64,000 bases of DNA from Octopus sinensis (GCF_006345805.1 NC_043011.1:44776464-44840463); one strand, 5' to 3'. Counted from the stretch's first letter, positions 11,865 to 23,403 are shown. Program-made: numbers and translations. The notes: generated from the sequence alone by a model not told the origin.

Positions 11865-12553
11865 ATCTGGATCTTTATCTATTGATCTAGATTTAAAAAA
11901 TACTTTTTTGTAACTAAACACTATCAAACTTCGGTCACTGGTAGAATGTGTCGTATAAAACATCTTTTACTCTTAGCATTTTTGAGAAAAACTTATATTT
12001 ACGAAGTTATTTCACGTTAAAGTTCTCGTATTTCGGTAATTTCAACCAATCAATGACGTGTATTCAGCTGAATAAAATTATTGCCGTTGTTTGTCAACAA
12101 CAACTATCGGCGGTGTATTTTTCATTTTGTCATTGTTATTTATGACATCGTTCGTGCGTTTGTACTGGTTTTAAGGTTTTAGGGTCAGGGTGTTTAGGGT
12201 TAGGGGGTTAGGGTTTTAGGGTTAGGGTTAAGGTTTTAGGGTTAGGGTTAGGGTTTTAGGATTAGGGTTGTCATAAATAACAGTGACAAACGAAATATAC
12301 GCCGCCGGAAGTTCTTGCTGACAAACAACAGCAGTAATTTTATTCAGCTGAATACACGTCATTGATTGGTTGAAATTATCGAAATACGAGAACTTTAACG
12401 TGAAATAACTTCGTAAATATAGGTTTTTCTAAAAAATTCTAAGAATAAAAGATGTTTTATATGACACATTCTACCAGTGTCCGAAGTTTGAAAGTGTTTA
12501 GTTACAAAAAAATTATTTTTTAAATCTGTAGGTCGAAAGGTAAAGATCCAGAT
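11865..12553. mobile_element. Foldback/MITE element with ~285-bp inverted arms around a telomere-like tract
   Basis: Arms are 11865-12147 and 12269-12553 (ATCTGGATCTTTA...TAAAGATCCAGAT); the centre is a (TTAGGG/TTTTAGGG)n tract at ~12170-12268. Confidence 0.85.
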
Positions 12554-13045
12554 CAATGTTCTACATCAACTTGTTTCATACCTTAAGCATGGCCCTGTCC
12601 GACAAACAGACCCCAAACGACCTCGTTCTCTTTTCTCAACCCCTACCCAAACTGAAAGTCTGCTAGGTCGTGAGATTCTCTTGCTGAGTAAGCCACCATA
12701 TTAGCTACCCTCTTTCGAACCCTCCAAATCTACCCCATTCCTACCCCACCAACCCCACCACGTTCACCAACGCACACACACACACACACACACACACAAC
12801 ACACACACACACACACACACACACCATGTACCTTACTCTGTTCGCTTCCAACCAACCAACCAACCAACCAACCAACCAACAAGCCAACCAGCCAACCAGC
12901 CAACCAACCAAAATGGCCACCACTCTAACAATGGCCATTTTATTTCTCTCGAACCTTACTTTCAAATCGTTGACTCTCCCCTATACACTTACCAAACTCA
13001 GCAATACCCCCTAATCACCATTCCATATAACTGCTGCTGCTGCTG

Positions 13046-13106
<61 letters not shown>

Positions 13107-13554
13107 AATAACAACATCGGTGTCATGACCCTTTCCAAATTCGTTTATCAATTGTTATTTAAAACAATGGAATGAAACAAAAGAAGAAAGCGAGGTGGTG
13201 GTGGTGTTGGACTATGGAATTTTTATGTAAGTTGCATTACACCGCCACAACCACCACTTCCACCGCAGCCGCCACCACCACCACCACCACCACTACATAG
13301 CACCACCACTATCATTGCTACAACACACAGACACACACACACATCATAACCGCAACAACTACACAAACGCCATCAACACTACCACTGCCGTCACCAAAAC
13401 CACCACCACCACCACCTAAACAGTTGATTAAATCGAAATAAACAAAATATTGTTGTTTAAACGGTCCTGACTGAAACGACTTAAATCTAAAAGTACTCCA
13501 TCCATGACCATCCATCATCATGTTGTATATTGGTTTCAAAGTTTGGTATAAGCC

Positions 13555-13750
13555 CAGAAATTTTGGAGGAAGGGCTTAGCCGATTACATCGACCTCCAAT
13601 GATCAACTGGTGGTTGTTTCAACGACCCTGAAAGGATAAAAAAGTAAAGACGGCTTCGACGGAATTTGAACTCAGAACATGAAGACAAACGAAATACTGC
13701 TAAACATTTTGCTCGGCGTGCTATCGATTCTGCCAGCTCACTACCTTAAA
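13555..13750 (-). mobile_element. SINE family B, diverged
   Basis: GACCCTGAAAGGATAAAA...GGAATTTGAACTCAG...CTGCCAGCTC. Confidence 0.75.
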
Positions 13751-13980
13751 TCATGCTGTATATTACTATCCAGTGTGTCGACTATTACTGCAGAAAGCCC
13801 GATGTTATCAGAGGTAGATTTGGCTGCTATATCTAGTAACTAATTGGTCACGCAAGGGCGCCCTTGTTACTATGGAAGCAAAATACACAGGAAAGCGAAG
13901 AAATGCATAGGGTGGTGGGGGTTATCAGCTCTGCGATGAACTGGGGCTGGGCTGTCTACCCCTGTGGTGAATTAAATGGT

Positions 13981-14640
13981 TGGACTAGTGCCGGGGTCGA
14001 CTAGTACCGTGGTAGATTAGTACTGGGATGGATTAGTAATGGGGTAGATTAGTACCGGGGTGGACAAATGCCGGGGTGGTTAGTGCCGGAGTGGACTAGT
14101 GCCGGTGTGGACTAGTGCCTGGTTGACTAGTACTGGAGTGGATTAGTGCCGGGGTGGACTAGTGCCGGGATGGATAAGTGTCGGGGTGGGTTAGTGCCGG
14201 GGTGGACTAGTACCGGGTTGGGTTAGTACTGGGATGGATTAGTAATGGGGTAGATTCGTGCCGGGGTGGACAAATGCCGGGGTGGTTAGTGCCGGAGTGG
14301 ACTAGTGCTGGTGTGGACTAGTGCCTGGTTGACTAGTACTGGAGTGGATTAGTGCCAGGGTGGGTTAGTGCCGGGGTGGACTAGTGCCGGGTTGGGTTAG
14401 TGTTGGGGTGAATTAGTGCCAGGGTGGGCAAGTGTCAGGGTGGACGTGCCGAGGTGGGCTAGTGCCAGGGTGTACTAGTGCTGGGTGGATTAGTGTCGGG
14501 ATGGATTAGTGCCGCGGGATGGGTTAGAACAGTAATGATTTAATCCTGGGCTGGATTAGAACTGGAGTAGACCAGGCCCGGGGTGGTTCAGCCTTGGAGT
14601 GGACTGGAGCCAGGTGGTTTAGCCCTGGGGTGCGCTATCT
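13981..14640. repeat. G-rich 16-bp minisatellite (TGGACTAGTGCCGGGG) with a 206-bp higher-order duplication
   Basis: Units are directly visible; the block starting TTAGTACTGGGATGG at 14017 recurs at 14223. Confidence 0.9.
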
Positions 14641-14699
14641 CTAGAGTAGAGTGGGTAGTGATGTGGTGGTAGTGTGATAGGGGTATTTTAGTTGTACAG

Positions 14700-15290
14700 C
14701 TGTTTGTCGTTGTGAGATTTATTACGCTGCGGGTGGTTACAGGGGTGGCACTTGGAATGGTGTTGTTGCTGTTGCTGATGTTGTTGTCGATATTGGTGGT
14801 TGGGGTGATGTTAGTGGCTGTGGTTACGATGGTGATGCTGGTAGTAGTTGTGGTTATGTTGGTGGTTTTGGTGATTATGCTGATGGTAGTGGTGGTTGTG
14901 ATGGCGTTGTTGTTGTCGACGTCGTTGTTGGTGTTTGTGGTGTCGGTGATGGTGGTGGTGGTGGTTGATACTGATGATAATTGGTCTTGGTGGTGGTTGA
15001 GTTAGTGGCGGTGGTTGTGCGGGTGAATGTGATAATGGTGGTGTGGTGGTTATGGTAGTGGTGGTTGTGATTCTGTTGTTGTTTGTGGTAGCTACAGTGA
15101 TGCAGGTGTTGGTGATTGTGACGGTGGTGATGTTGGTGGTTGCAATGATGTTGGCGGTGATGGTTGTAATGGTAAAGTTGACTCTGTTGATGATGATGGT
15201 TGTGGCGATGTTGGGTGGATGTAATTGTGGTGTTGTGTATTGCGGCGGTGGTGTCGGTCGTGGTGCTTCTGGTGATGTTGTTGGAGTTGA
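14700..15290. repeat. (GGT/GTT/GAT)n low-complexity tract
   Basis: Directly visible; explains the Val-rich ORFs. Confidence 0.9.
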
Positions 15291-15472
15291 TGGTGGAACT
15301 TCTAAGAATAACCCTCTTCTGTGTCAGACTGTCTACTTAACATTTGCTGTAGTGTATATCTATTTCGAGGCACTCATTTTTGTTTTGCCAAATAAACACA
15401 CGCACTGTATATTCGTTGTTTCACTCGTTTATTATTGTTCTAATTTTATCTTGTGTCCATTGTCTGGAAATC

Positions 15473-16103
15473 TTGGAAAGACTTCCGCCCGTCCACCCCC
15501 ATTTTCTCCCAAATTTGTTTATTTTTGTTATTTTGTTTTTTGCCAAAAATCTCCGTTTTCGGATACGGAGGTTCCAGAAACTTGCCAAAAATCGGCATTG
15601 TGAAAATTCCCCCACCCTTCCTCCCCAACTTCAATTTTGACTTATTTCCCCAACCCTAACCCTAAAACCCTTGAACCCTAAAACTCTAACCCTAACCCTA
15701 AAACCCTAACCCTATCCCTAAAACTCTTACCCTAACTCTAACCCCAACCCTAAAACCTTAACTGTAAGTACAGAAATGTTTTGAAATTTTTGTCCGAATC
15801 ATGATGTCCGTATTTTTCCGCATATTTAGAAAAAAAAATTCTTTAAAAAAAAATTTACAAAGATTTTTGGAAATTTTTTTCAGAATCATAGTCTCCGTAT
15901 TTTTATGCATATTTTGAAAAAAAAATTGTGAAAAAATGTTAATAATGAAGTAAATGAGGGTAGGGTGGTAATTTATAAATGTCGATTTTTGCCAATCATT
16001 TTGCAGATTCGTATTCCCCGTAACCGAAAAGGGGTTTGTGTCGAAAAAAAAAATATTAAAAGGGTGTTTTGGAGGGTGGAGGGACGGGCGGAAGTCTTGC
16101 CAA
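15473..16103. mobile_element. TIR element with an internal (CCCTAA/CCCTAAAA)n tract
   Basis: TIR TTGGAAAGACTTCCGCCCGTCC vs GGACGGGCGGAAGTCTTGCCAA (21/22), flanked by AATC on both sides; telomere-like tract at ~15652-15760. Confidence 0.75.
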
Positions 16104-16899
16104 AATCATTCATCACACATATGTGACCTCTTCATCGACCCTTTCCATCAAGATGTATCCTTCTGCTCCGCTGACGCCATTCTCTGTTGTAAAAACTACT
16201 AAATTTTAAAGAAATTTAACAGGGAAGTTAGTTCTAAGGAACTATGTAACACTCTAAGGGGCATAACTCCACATTTACTTATGTATCATCTCCCCTGTTA
16301 ATTTCAAGTCTGCAGTTTCACGCGTTGATTGGTAAGGGAGATAATACAACTAATTTTAGAATTACTTCCCTTAGACTACTTCCTAAAACATTTATATGGT
16401 GGGTGTGTGGAGTAAATGATCTGGATTGGCCGCTAGCCTATTGGTGAAATTTACCAAAGGAATTGGTGGCACGCATTCCTTGCTGCTTAATGGAGGTAAT
16501 AAATAATGCAGTGTTCTAATGTAAAATATAAGTGAATTAAATCTGTCACTGGATGATCGACCTCATTCTACCTCAAGAAAACTTACTCCAGGTTCCTGTT
16601 AAAAAGAGAGCTTTTTCGTGGTCGTCCGACTGGCTAGAAGTAGCAACCACATCGGTCTCAAATCAGGCATCACAGTCTTAAAACAAAGACATTGGATAAT
16701 GTGTGTGTGTGTTTTTTTTTATATCACTATGTAGAGAAAAGGTGCAATGGCCACGGTTAAAATTACTTTGATCGTAGGTCAGTCGAATCAGAATCGAGTT
16801 TGAGCTAAATAACAGGAATATCCTCCTCCTCCTCCTCCTCCTCCTCATCATCATCATCATCAAAAACGACAATTGCAGCAACATCAGCAGCAGCACCAA

Positions 16900-17175
16900 G
16901 CGTGGAGGCGCAATGGCCCAGTGGTCGGAGAATCGCGGTTTCGATTCCCAGACCGGGCGTTGTGTGTGTTTATTGAGCGAAAACACCTAAAAGCTCCACG
17001 AGGCTCCTGTTGTACTCTTTCGCACCAACTTTCTCTCTCACTTCCTGTTTCTTGAGTAACGCTGCGATGGACTGGTGTCCCGTCCAGCTGGGGGGGGGGG
17101 AACACATACACCATAGAAAGCGGGAAACCGGGCCCTTGAGCCTGGCTAGGCTTGAAAAGGGCGCATAAATAAATA
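16900..17175 (+). mobile_element. SINE sharing the family A head but with a different, Meta/V-domain-like 3' part
   Basis: Head GTGGAGGCGCAATGGCCCAGTGG followed by GCTGCGATGGACTGGTGTCCCGTCCAG instead of the family A body. Confidence 0.7.
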
Positions 17176-17225
17176 AAAATATTTTACCATGCTGTGTCAT
17201 TATACAGCTACACGTCATGTTATAC

Positions 17226-17538
17226 CAAGGGTTCTGAACCTTATTTCATCTATGGACCCCTTTGATTGATTATTATTTTACTCTGGTGGACCCCACCATA
17301 GCCATTCGATGTTTAGAAACTTCTCCCAAAATTCCTATTTATTTTTGTGTAGGTTGAAATGTGTAAAATGTTAAAGAAACCTAATTATTTCTTGCAATAC
17401 ATACCCCCAAAGCAAAATGTTTATAGGGACCCTTAAAATACTATTGTTGACCCCAATTTACTATTTTGTGCCCCCCCCCCCCCGCAAAATCCTGTATAGC
17501 TCTTCAGGGGCCATATGGATCCCGGTTGATAACCACGA
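17226..17538. mobile_element. hAT-type MITE
   Basis: Degenerate TIRs CAAGGGTTCTGAACC / GGTTGATAACCAC; 8-bp flanks TGTTATAC / CGTTATAC. Confidence 0.55.
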
Positions 17539-17744
17539 CGTTATACAATCCGGGTTGCTGTTATTGTTGTTGTTGTGTATTATCGTGTTTTAATGGAATG
17601 GTCTGCAGGAAAGAGTTGTGTCCAAGACCTTTGTCTGCTGCCGTGACTTGTTGGAAAGTAAAGGCTGTGTCTGTAATCTTTGTAAGTCTTCGACTCTTTG
17701 AGGAGATCTATGTCCAATGACGTTTGTAGGCCTTCGAGTATCTT

Positions 17745-17940
17745 ATGATTAGTTCATCCATCGTTGTCGACGATGACCTAGGAGAGAGGATGGCGGGGCA
17801 AGAGGTGTTCGGCTGTGGCCGAACAGTCCAATACGTGCTCGGAAAGCTCTGATGCAGGTCGGGCATTTGTGTTCTGTTGGGACTGAAGGCGAGCAGTTGA
17901 CTCTGGACTGGACTTGCGCAGTTCACGTTTTCTTTGTACA
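17745..17940 (-). mobile_element. RTE-clade LINE 3' end remnant
   Basis: Minus frame [22 protein letters not shown] resembles the RTE C-terminal CxxC...RARIGL.SH motif, followed by an RTE-like terminus TCATCGTCGACAACGATGGATGAAC. Confidence 0.65.
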
Positions 17941-18604
17941 AACAGACAGATCCATCCATCCGTCCGTCCGTCCGTCCGTCCATCCATCCATCCATCCATC
18001 CATCCATCCATCCAACCAACCAACCAACCAACCAACCAACCAACCAACCAACCAACCATCCAACCAATCAATATCACTGCTTAGATGTTGGGGCGGATTG
18101 AAACAGCTTTACAATCACATGATCTTATTATTCGACCTGGACAAATCATGTGCCTCTCCTTGTCACTTAGTTTTCAGCAATTCAGATCGCTTACATTTGG
18201 TAAGTTCGTTTTCCGGTGAACAACTTCTGAAGACAATTTTCTCCATATAAGAAAGCATTTTATTGGTCAATAAACTCGATTCAGTCATTCTTCGAGGACA
18301 CCCGGCGTAGTATGGCATCATCTGATCCATACAAACGCTTTTGATGAGAATAGTTTTATATCTTACATGAACTCATTACTAAGATGTAACCGTTAATAAG
18401 GGGCGATATTTTATTAATTAACTATTATAAGCGTAGGAGTGGCTGTGTGGTAAGTAGCTTGCTTACTGACCACATGGTTCCAGGTTCAGTCCTACTGCGT
18501 AGCACCTTGGGCAAGTGTCTTCTACTATAGCCTCAGGGCGACCAAAGCCTTGTGAGTGGATTTGGTAGACGGAAACTGAAAGAAGCCCGTCGTATATATG
18601 TGTA

Positions 18605-18803
18605 TCATGATAGATCGTTAGCCACTACACACATTTTTTTTCTCTCCTTGTTTCTCTCCTTGTTTTTTCTGTGTACCTTTCTGTAGAAGAGCGTAGGCTC
18701 GAAACGTAAAAGACTTTTTCTATTCCTGAGCGTTATACTAATACATCTGTTTGTTTTGTACACCACCTGTCTTCATCTTTTGTTCTTTTCGTAAACTTTC
18801 CCT
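18605..18803 (+). mobile_element. Penelope-like terminal fragment with variant hammerhead (18677-18712)
   Basis: CTTT-CTGTAGA-A-GAGC-GTAG-GCTC-GAAAC-GTA-AAAG. Related, more decayed copies lie at ~750-930 and ~42770-42960. Confidence 0.55.
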
Positions 18804-18843
18804 ATATATATATAGTGTGTGTGTGTTTGTGTGTATGTATATA

Positions 18844-19215
18844 CGAGCAAAACACCCCCGTCCAATGGACGGTGCTGAGTTGGAATAGAAAAAAGTCTAT
18901 CTTTATTTCTTCTTTTGCTGGTGTCTCAAATTTAGGTTAAATCGGTGGTTCTCAAAGGAGAAGCATATGAGACGGTCGGACAAGTTGTTTTGAGAAAATT
19001 TGCTACAGCTGATGTACTTACGCGTACAAATGCACGTTCCCACGGCTTTATCGATCGCATTCTCACCTGGAATCGATTTTTGTAATTTTTTCAAGATTTA
19101 TACACGCCCTGATACTGTCGGTATCTACATATCAAATTTGAGCGCAATCGGATGGAGGATGCCCGAGATCCTAGAAGACACACATAGACAGACAGAACGG
19201 ATTTTATATAATAGA
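18844..19215 (-). mobile_element. Non-autonomous Helitron (family H1)
   Basis: Minus strand begins A|TCTATTATATAAAATCC, has a subterminal hairpin CCGTCC-ATT-GGACGG and ends CTCG|T. A second copy is at 33634-33986. Confidence 0.75.
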
Positions 19216-20012
19216 TATATGTGTGTGTGTATATATGTTTGTGTGTCTGTGTTTGTCCCCCCAACATCGCTTGACAACCGATGCAGGTGTGTTTACGTCC
19301 CAATAACTTAGCTGTTCGGCAAAAGTGACCGATAGAATAAGTACTAGGCTTACAAAGAATAAGTCCTGGGGGTCGATTTGCTCGACTACAGGCGGTGCTC
19401 CAGCATGGCCGCAGTCAAATGACTGAAACAAGAAAAAGAGTAAAAGAGTATTATGAATCTTTTCGATTGTTGTCATAAATTCGGAAATTTAAAAATTTGC
19501 TATAGTGATATAATTTTTCACACTGAATTCCTTTATTCCTAGAAAAATTTCAAAACATTTTACAAAAGTTCAAAGTATGATTATTTCTAGTTCAATCAGA
19601 AAACGGGAATCAGAAACCGGCATTTTTTGCGTTATAGATATCTGTTACAAAATGACAAACAGAAATAAAACAAGTAAAAATATTGCTCGCCAAAACTGGT
19701 GGTGGTGGTGGTGCTGGCAGCGGTTGCGATAGTGGGGGAAAGTCCAGACTACAGCTTTGCTTGTTACCGTGGAAACAGGCACCAATGTGAGATTTACGGT
19801 CATGTTGTATAATGGTGGCTTTCGATCGGCTACAATTACCCAAAATTTGCAAATTTAAAAGCTATTAACTTCTCTTTTATTATATTATGACCGAAATGAA
19901 GTTTATTTTCATAATCAGCATGTAAAACTAAATCGGTATAACAAATTTGAAAATAATTGGAACCAAACTGAAAGAAAAAAAAATACGAGATCTGCAGCGG
20001 TAACGAAAAAGC

Positions 20013-20195
20013 AAAAATTAATTGTGAAATCTAAGCAAAACTAATTGTGAAATATAAGCAAAATGAATTGTGAAATGTAAACAAAAATTAATTTTGAGAT
20101 GTAAGCAAAAATTGTGAAATATAAGCAAAAATTAATTGTGAAATATAAGTAAAAGTTAATTGTGAAATGTAAGCAAATATTAATTGTCAAATATT
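20013..20195. repeat. ~23-bp AT-rich tandem repeat (AATTGTGAAATATAAGCAAAA)
   Basis: About 8 degenerate units are visible. Confidence 0.85.
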
Positions 20196-20242
20196 TTGTC
20201 CAAGTAAGAAATACTCTGTCCGTTTTCAGACAATTATATTCT

Positions 20243-21036
20243 TTTCTACTCTAGGCACAAGGCCCGAAATTTTGGGGGAGGGGGCCAGTCGATTTGCTCG
20301 ACTCCAGTACATAACTGGTACTTAATTTATCGACCCCGAAAGGATGAAAGGCAAAGTCGACCTCGGCGGAATTTGAACTCAGAACGTAAAGACAGATGAA
20401 ATACCGCTAGACATTTCGCCCGGCGTGCTAACGTTTCTTATTTCTTTATTGTCCACAAGGGGCTAAACATAGAGGGAACAAACAAGGATAGACAAAGTAT
20501 TAAGTCGATTAAATCGACCGCAGTGCGTAACTGGTACTTAATTTATCGACCCCGAAAGGATGAAAAGCAAAGTCGACCTCGGCGGAATTTGAACTCAGAA
20601 CGTAACGGCAGACGAAATACCTATTTATTTATTACCCACAAGGGGCTACACACAGAGGGGACAAACAAGGACAGACAAACGGATTAAGTCGATTATATCG
20701 ACCCCAGTGCGTAACTGGTACTTATTTAATCGACTCCGAAAGGATGAAAGGCAAAGTCGACCTCGGCGGAATTTGAACTCAGAACGTAACGGCAGACGAA
20801 ATACCTATTTATTTACTACCCACAAGGGGCTACACACAGAGGGGACAAACAAGGACAGACAAACGGATTAAGTCGATTATATCGACTCCAGTGCGTAACT
20901 GGTACTCATTTAATCGATCCCGAAAGGATGAAAGGCAAAGTCGACCTCGGCGGAATTTGAACTCAGAACGTAACGGCAGACGAAATACGGCTACGCATTT
21001 CGTCCGGCGTGCTAACGATTCTGCCAGCTCACCCGC
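20243..21036 (-). mobile_element. Four-unit SINE family B multimer bounded by one TSD
   Basis: 18-bp TSD TTCAGACAATTATATTCT at 20225-20242 and 21037-21054; internal period 184 bp. Confidence 0.9.
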
Positions 21037-21643
21037 TTCAGACAATTATATTCTACGAACACACTGTACACCGCAACACTCAGTTACTAATATATTCTGT
21101 GAATGAATTATCATACCTTTTCCTTTTCTCGTGTTTTTGTCACTACTAAGCGTTCTGTGTCTGCATGTAACTGTGTGGACGCAGTGACTGTTTGCTGTCA
21201 TCTTTCTCTTTGATATAGTCTTATTGTTAATGTTCTTATATGTTGATAATGTAATCTAGTCATTTGGCTGCGGCCATGCTGAGGCATCGCGTTGAAGAAT
21301 TTTAGTCGAATGACTCGAGCCCAGTATCATATTTTTTAAGCCTGGTATTTATTCTATCGGTCTGTTTTACCGAACCGCTAAGTTAAGGGGAGAGGCAGAT
21401 GCCCCAACAGCAGTTGTCCAGCTGTATTGATTACATAAATATTAACATTATTTCTCAGAAACAGAAAAAAAGGGAGAAAAAATGCAAATGGATTTCTTGT
21501 AAAAAGCTTTCTCGACTTTCATGTGTGTACGAGTATCATTAAACATTACTTGAACTCACTACGTAAGTATTTTCTACGAAATCATATAGATTGGCTTCAA
21601 ATTTCAGCACAAGGCCAGCAAAAAAAAGACATCATCATCATCA

Positions 21644-21890
21644 TCATTGTTCGACCGTGGTCGAGACAATGGAATTTACCATGCTACGCCAGACTTCACG
21701 GTCCATCATGGCATTACGGAGGTCCTGTTGCTGGATGCCGGTATCCCTGGAAATTACATCAGGGTAGGAGAGTGTGCGCCCTCTGGTATTGCGAGTGGAT
21801 GGCTTCCAGAGGAGAAGAGTAGAAATTACTTCTTTTTCAGCTCTACAACAATGTCCAGCAAACTGGACTCTCCTACCTTTCACAAGAGAT
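21644..21890 (-). mobile_element. RTE-clade LINE 3' end
   Basis: RRVQFAGHCCRAEKEVISTLLLWKPSTRNTRGRTLSYPDVISRDTG...AMMDREVWRSMV followed by a (TGA)n tail. Confidence 0.8.
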
Positions 21891-21904
21891 GACACACTAC
21901 CAAA

Positions 21905-22095
21905 AAGACACACACACACACATTTATATATACGACGGGCTTCTTTTTTCAGTTTCCGTCCACCAAATCTAGTCACAAGGCTTTGGTCCGCCCGAGGCTA
22001 TAGTAGAAGACACACGCCCAAGGTGCCACGCCTTGGGACTGAACTTGGAACCATGTGGATCGGAAGCAAACTTCTTACCGCACATCCACACCTGC
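21905..22095 (-). mobile_element. SINE family C 5' half
   Basis: Reverse-complement match to the family head. Confidence 0.75.
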
Positions 22096-23366
22096 GTCTT
22101 CATTAAATATTTTTGGTCATCCGACTTACTTTTCATGCCTTCTCTTAGCGTTTTTATTCATTTTTCTTTTCAACTGTCACGTTGGAGAACAGCTCGACAG
22201 AAAATGACAACGTACACAAAGTTAATCTTTTAGATATCATTTTAAACGTAAAAACAAACAAACAAACAAGCAAATATTTATCTTGTAAGAAACCAAATGA
22301 AAAGTTACAGAGCATAAAATATCTTTTCAAACCAACCACCCGCGCACCCGTTGTTATTTTGTAATTTAGTAAACATGTTTAGCAAACAGTCATACCGTTT
22401 GCCTATATGATATCCTTTCGTATATCAAATTAACTTCTTGTCATAAAGAAGCGCTGAAACGCAAAACTTTGGAAAATAAAGTTAAATACATAAATATTGG
22501 TTTCAAATTTTAATACAAGGCTAGTATTTTCTGTGGAGGGGCTAAGTAGATTACATTGACCCCAGCTGGTATTTATTTTATTGACCTCGAAAGGATGAAA
22601 ACAAAGTCGACCTGGGTGGCATTTGAACTCAGAATGTAAAGTCGGAACAAATGTTGCTAAGCATTTTTCCTGGTGCGATAACAATTCTGCCAGTTTGACA
22701 ACTTACGAAATCATAAATATTGGAAAATATTTAATAGGAATAATGTTAAATTAGGTTTTAGTTGTAAACACCATTTTCTTACAGAATTAATACTAAATAT
22801 CTTTAACTGATTTTTACGTATACGCAATTGTTTTGATCATGAATGTAATCTATTAAATAATTTATGTGTTTCAAAATTGACAGTTCAACACACTAAAGTG
22901 TTTACTGTTAATAATCCTGTTTCTATGGGCTACATTGGCCTGATTGTAAATCATTTTAAGTTAAATCTATCAAAGTACAGGGTAGGTCAAAAGTCACACA
23001 CCAAAACATTTGATATTTTATTTCATTTTGTTCATCATGTACAAATATGTGCGTTTTCTATCATTATTTCGGCAATTCCAGAGTGTACTAAACTTGTTTT
23101 GTGCATGACTTCTGGCCCAACTTGTGCATCTTGTTTCTCGTACTGATGAAAGCCAACTATATTAGCAAGGCAGTCTTGGCTGTGATTTTTGTCATGCTGA
23201 AAACAAAAATTATATTTTGTTCCATAGACTATCATATTTTGTTTCACTTGATTTGAATTTAATATCTTTTTGTCACCATAAATCCAAATAGTTGTTGAAA
23301 TATTTTAAAAGCCTAACAATAGAAACCTCGCATAGACTAATAACAATGTCATTTCCTTTCATAATG

Positions 23367-23403
<37 letters not shown>

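Larger units (their letters stand above)
18429..19448 (+). mobile_element. SINE family C split by two insertions in its central microsatellite
   Basis: Head 18429-18600 and tail 19216-19448 are colinear with the intact copy at 50859. Confidence 0.85.

Noticed and set aside
12170-15760. (TTAGGG)n ... (CCCTAA)n in head-to-head orientation, like a telomere fusion scar
   Set aside because: The tracts are 3.4 kb apart, short and degenerate, and each is enclosed by its own transposon TIRs.
20243-21036. Regular 184-bp repeats and the 16-bp/23-bp arrays as CRISPR-like arrays
   Set aside because: There are no unique spacers, no cas genes, the context is eukaryotic, and the units are SINE or minisatellite sequence.
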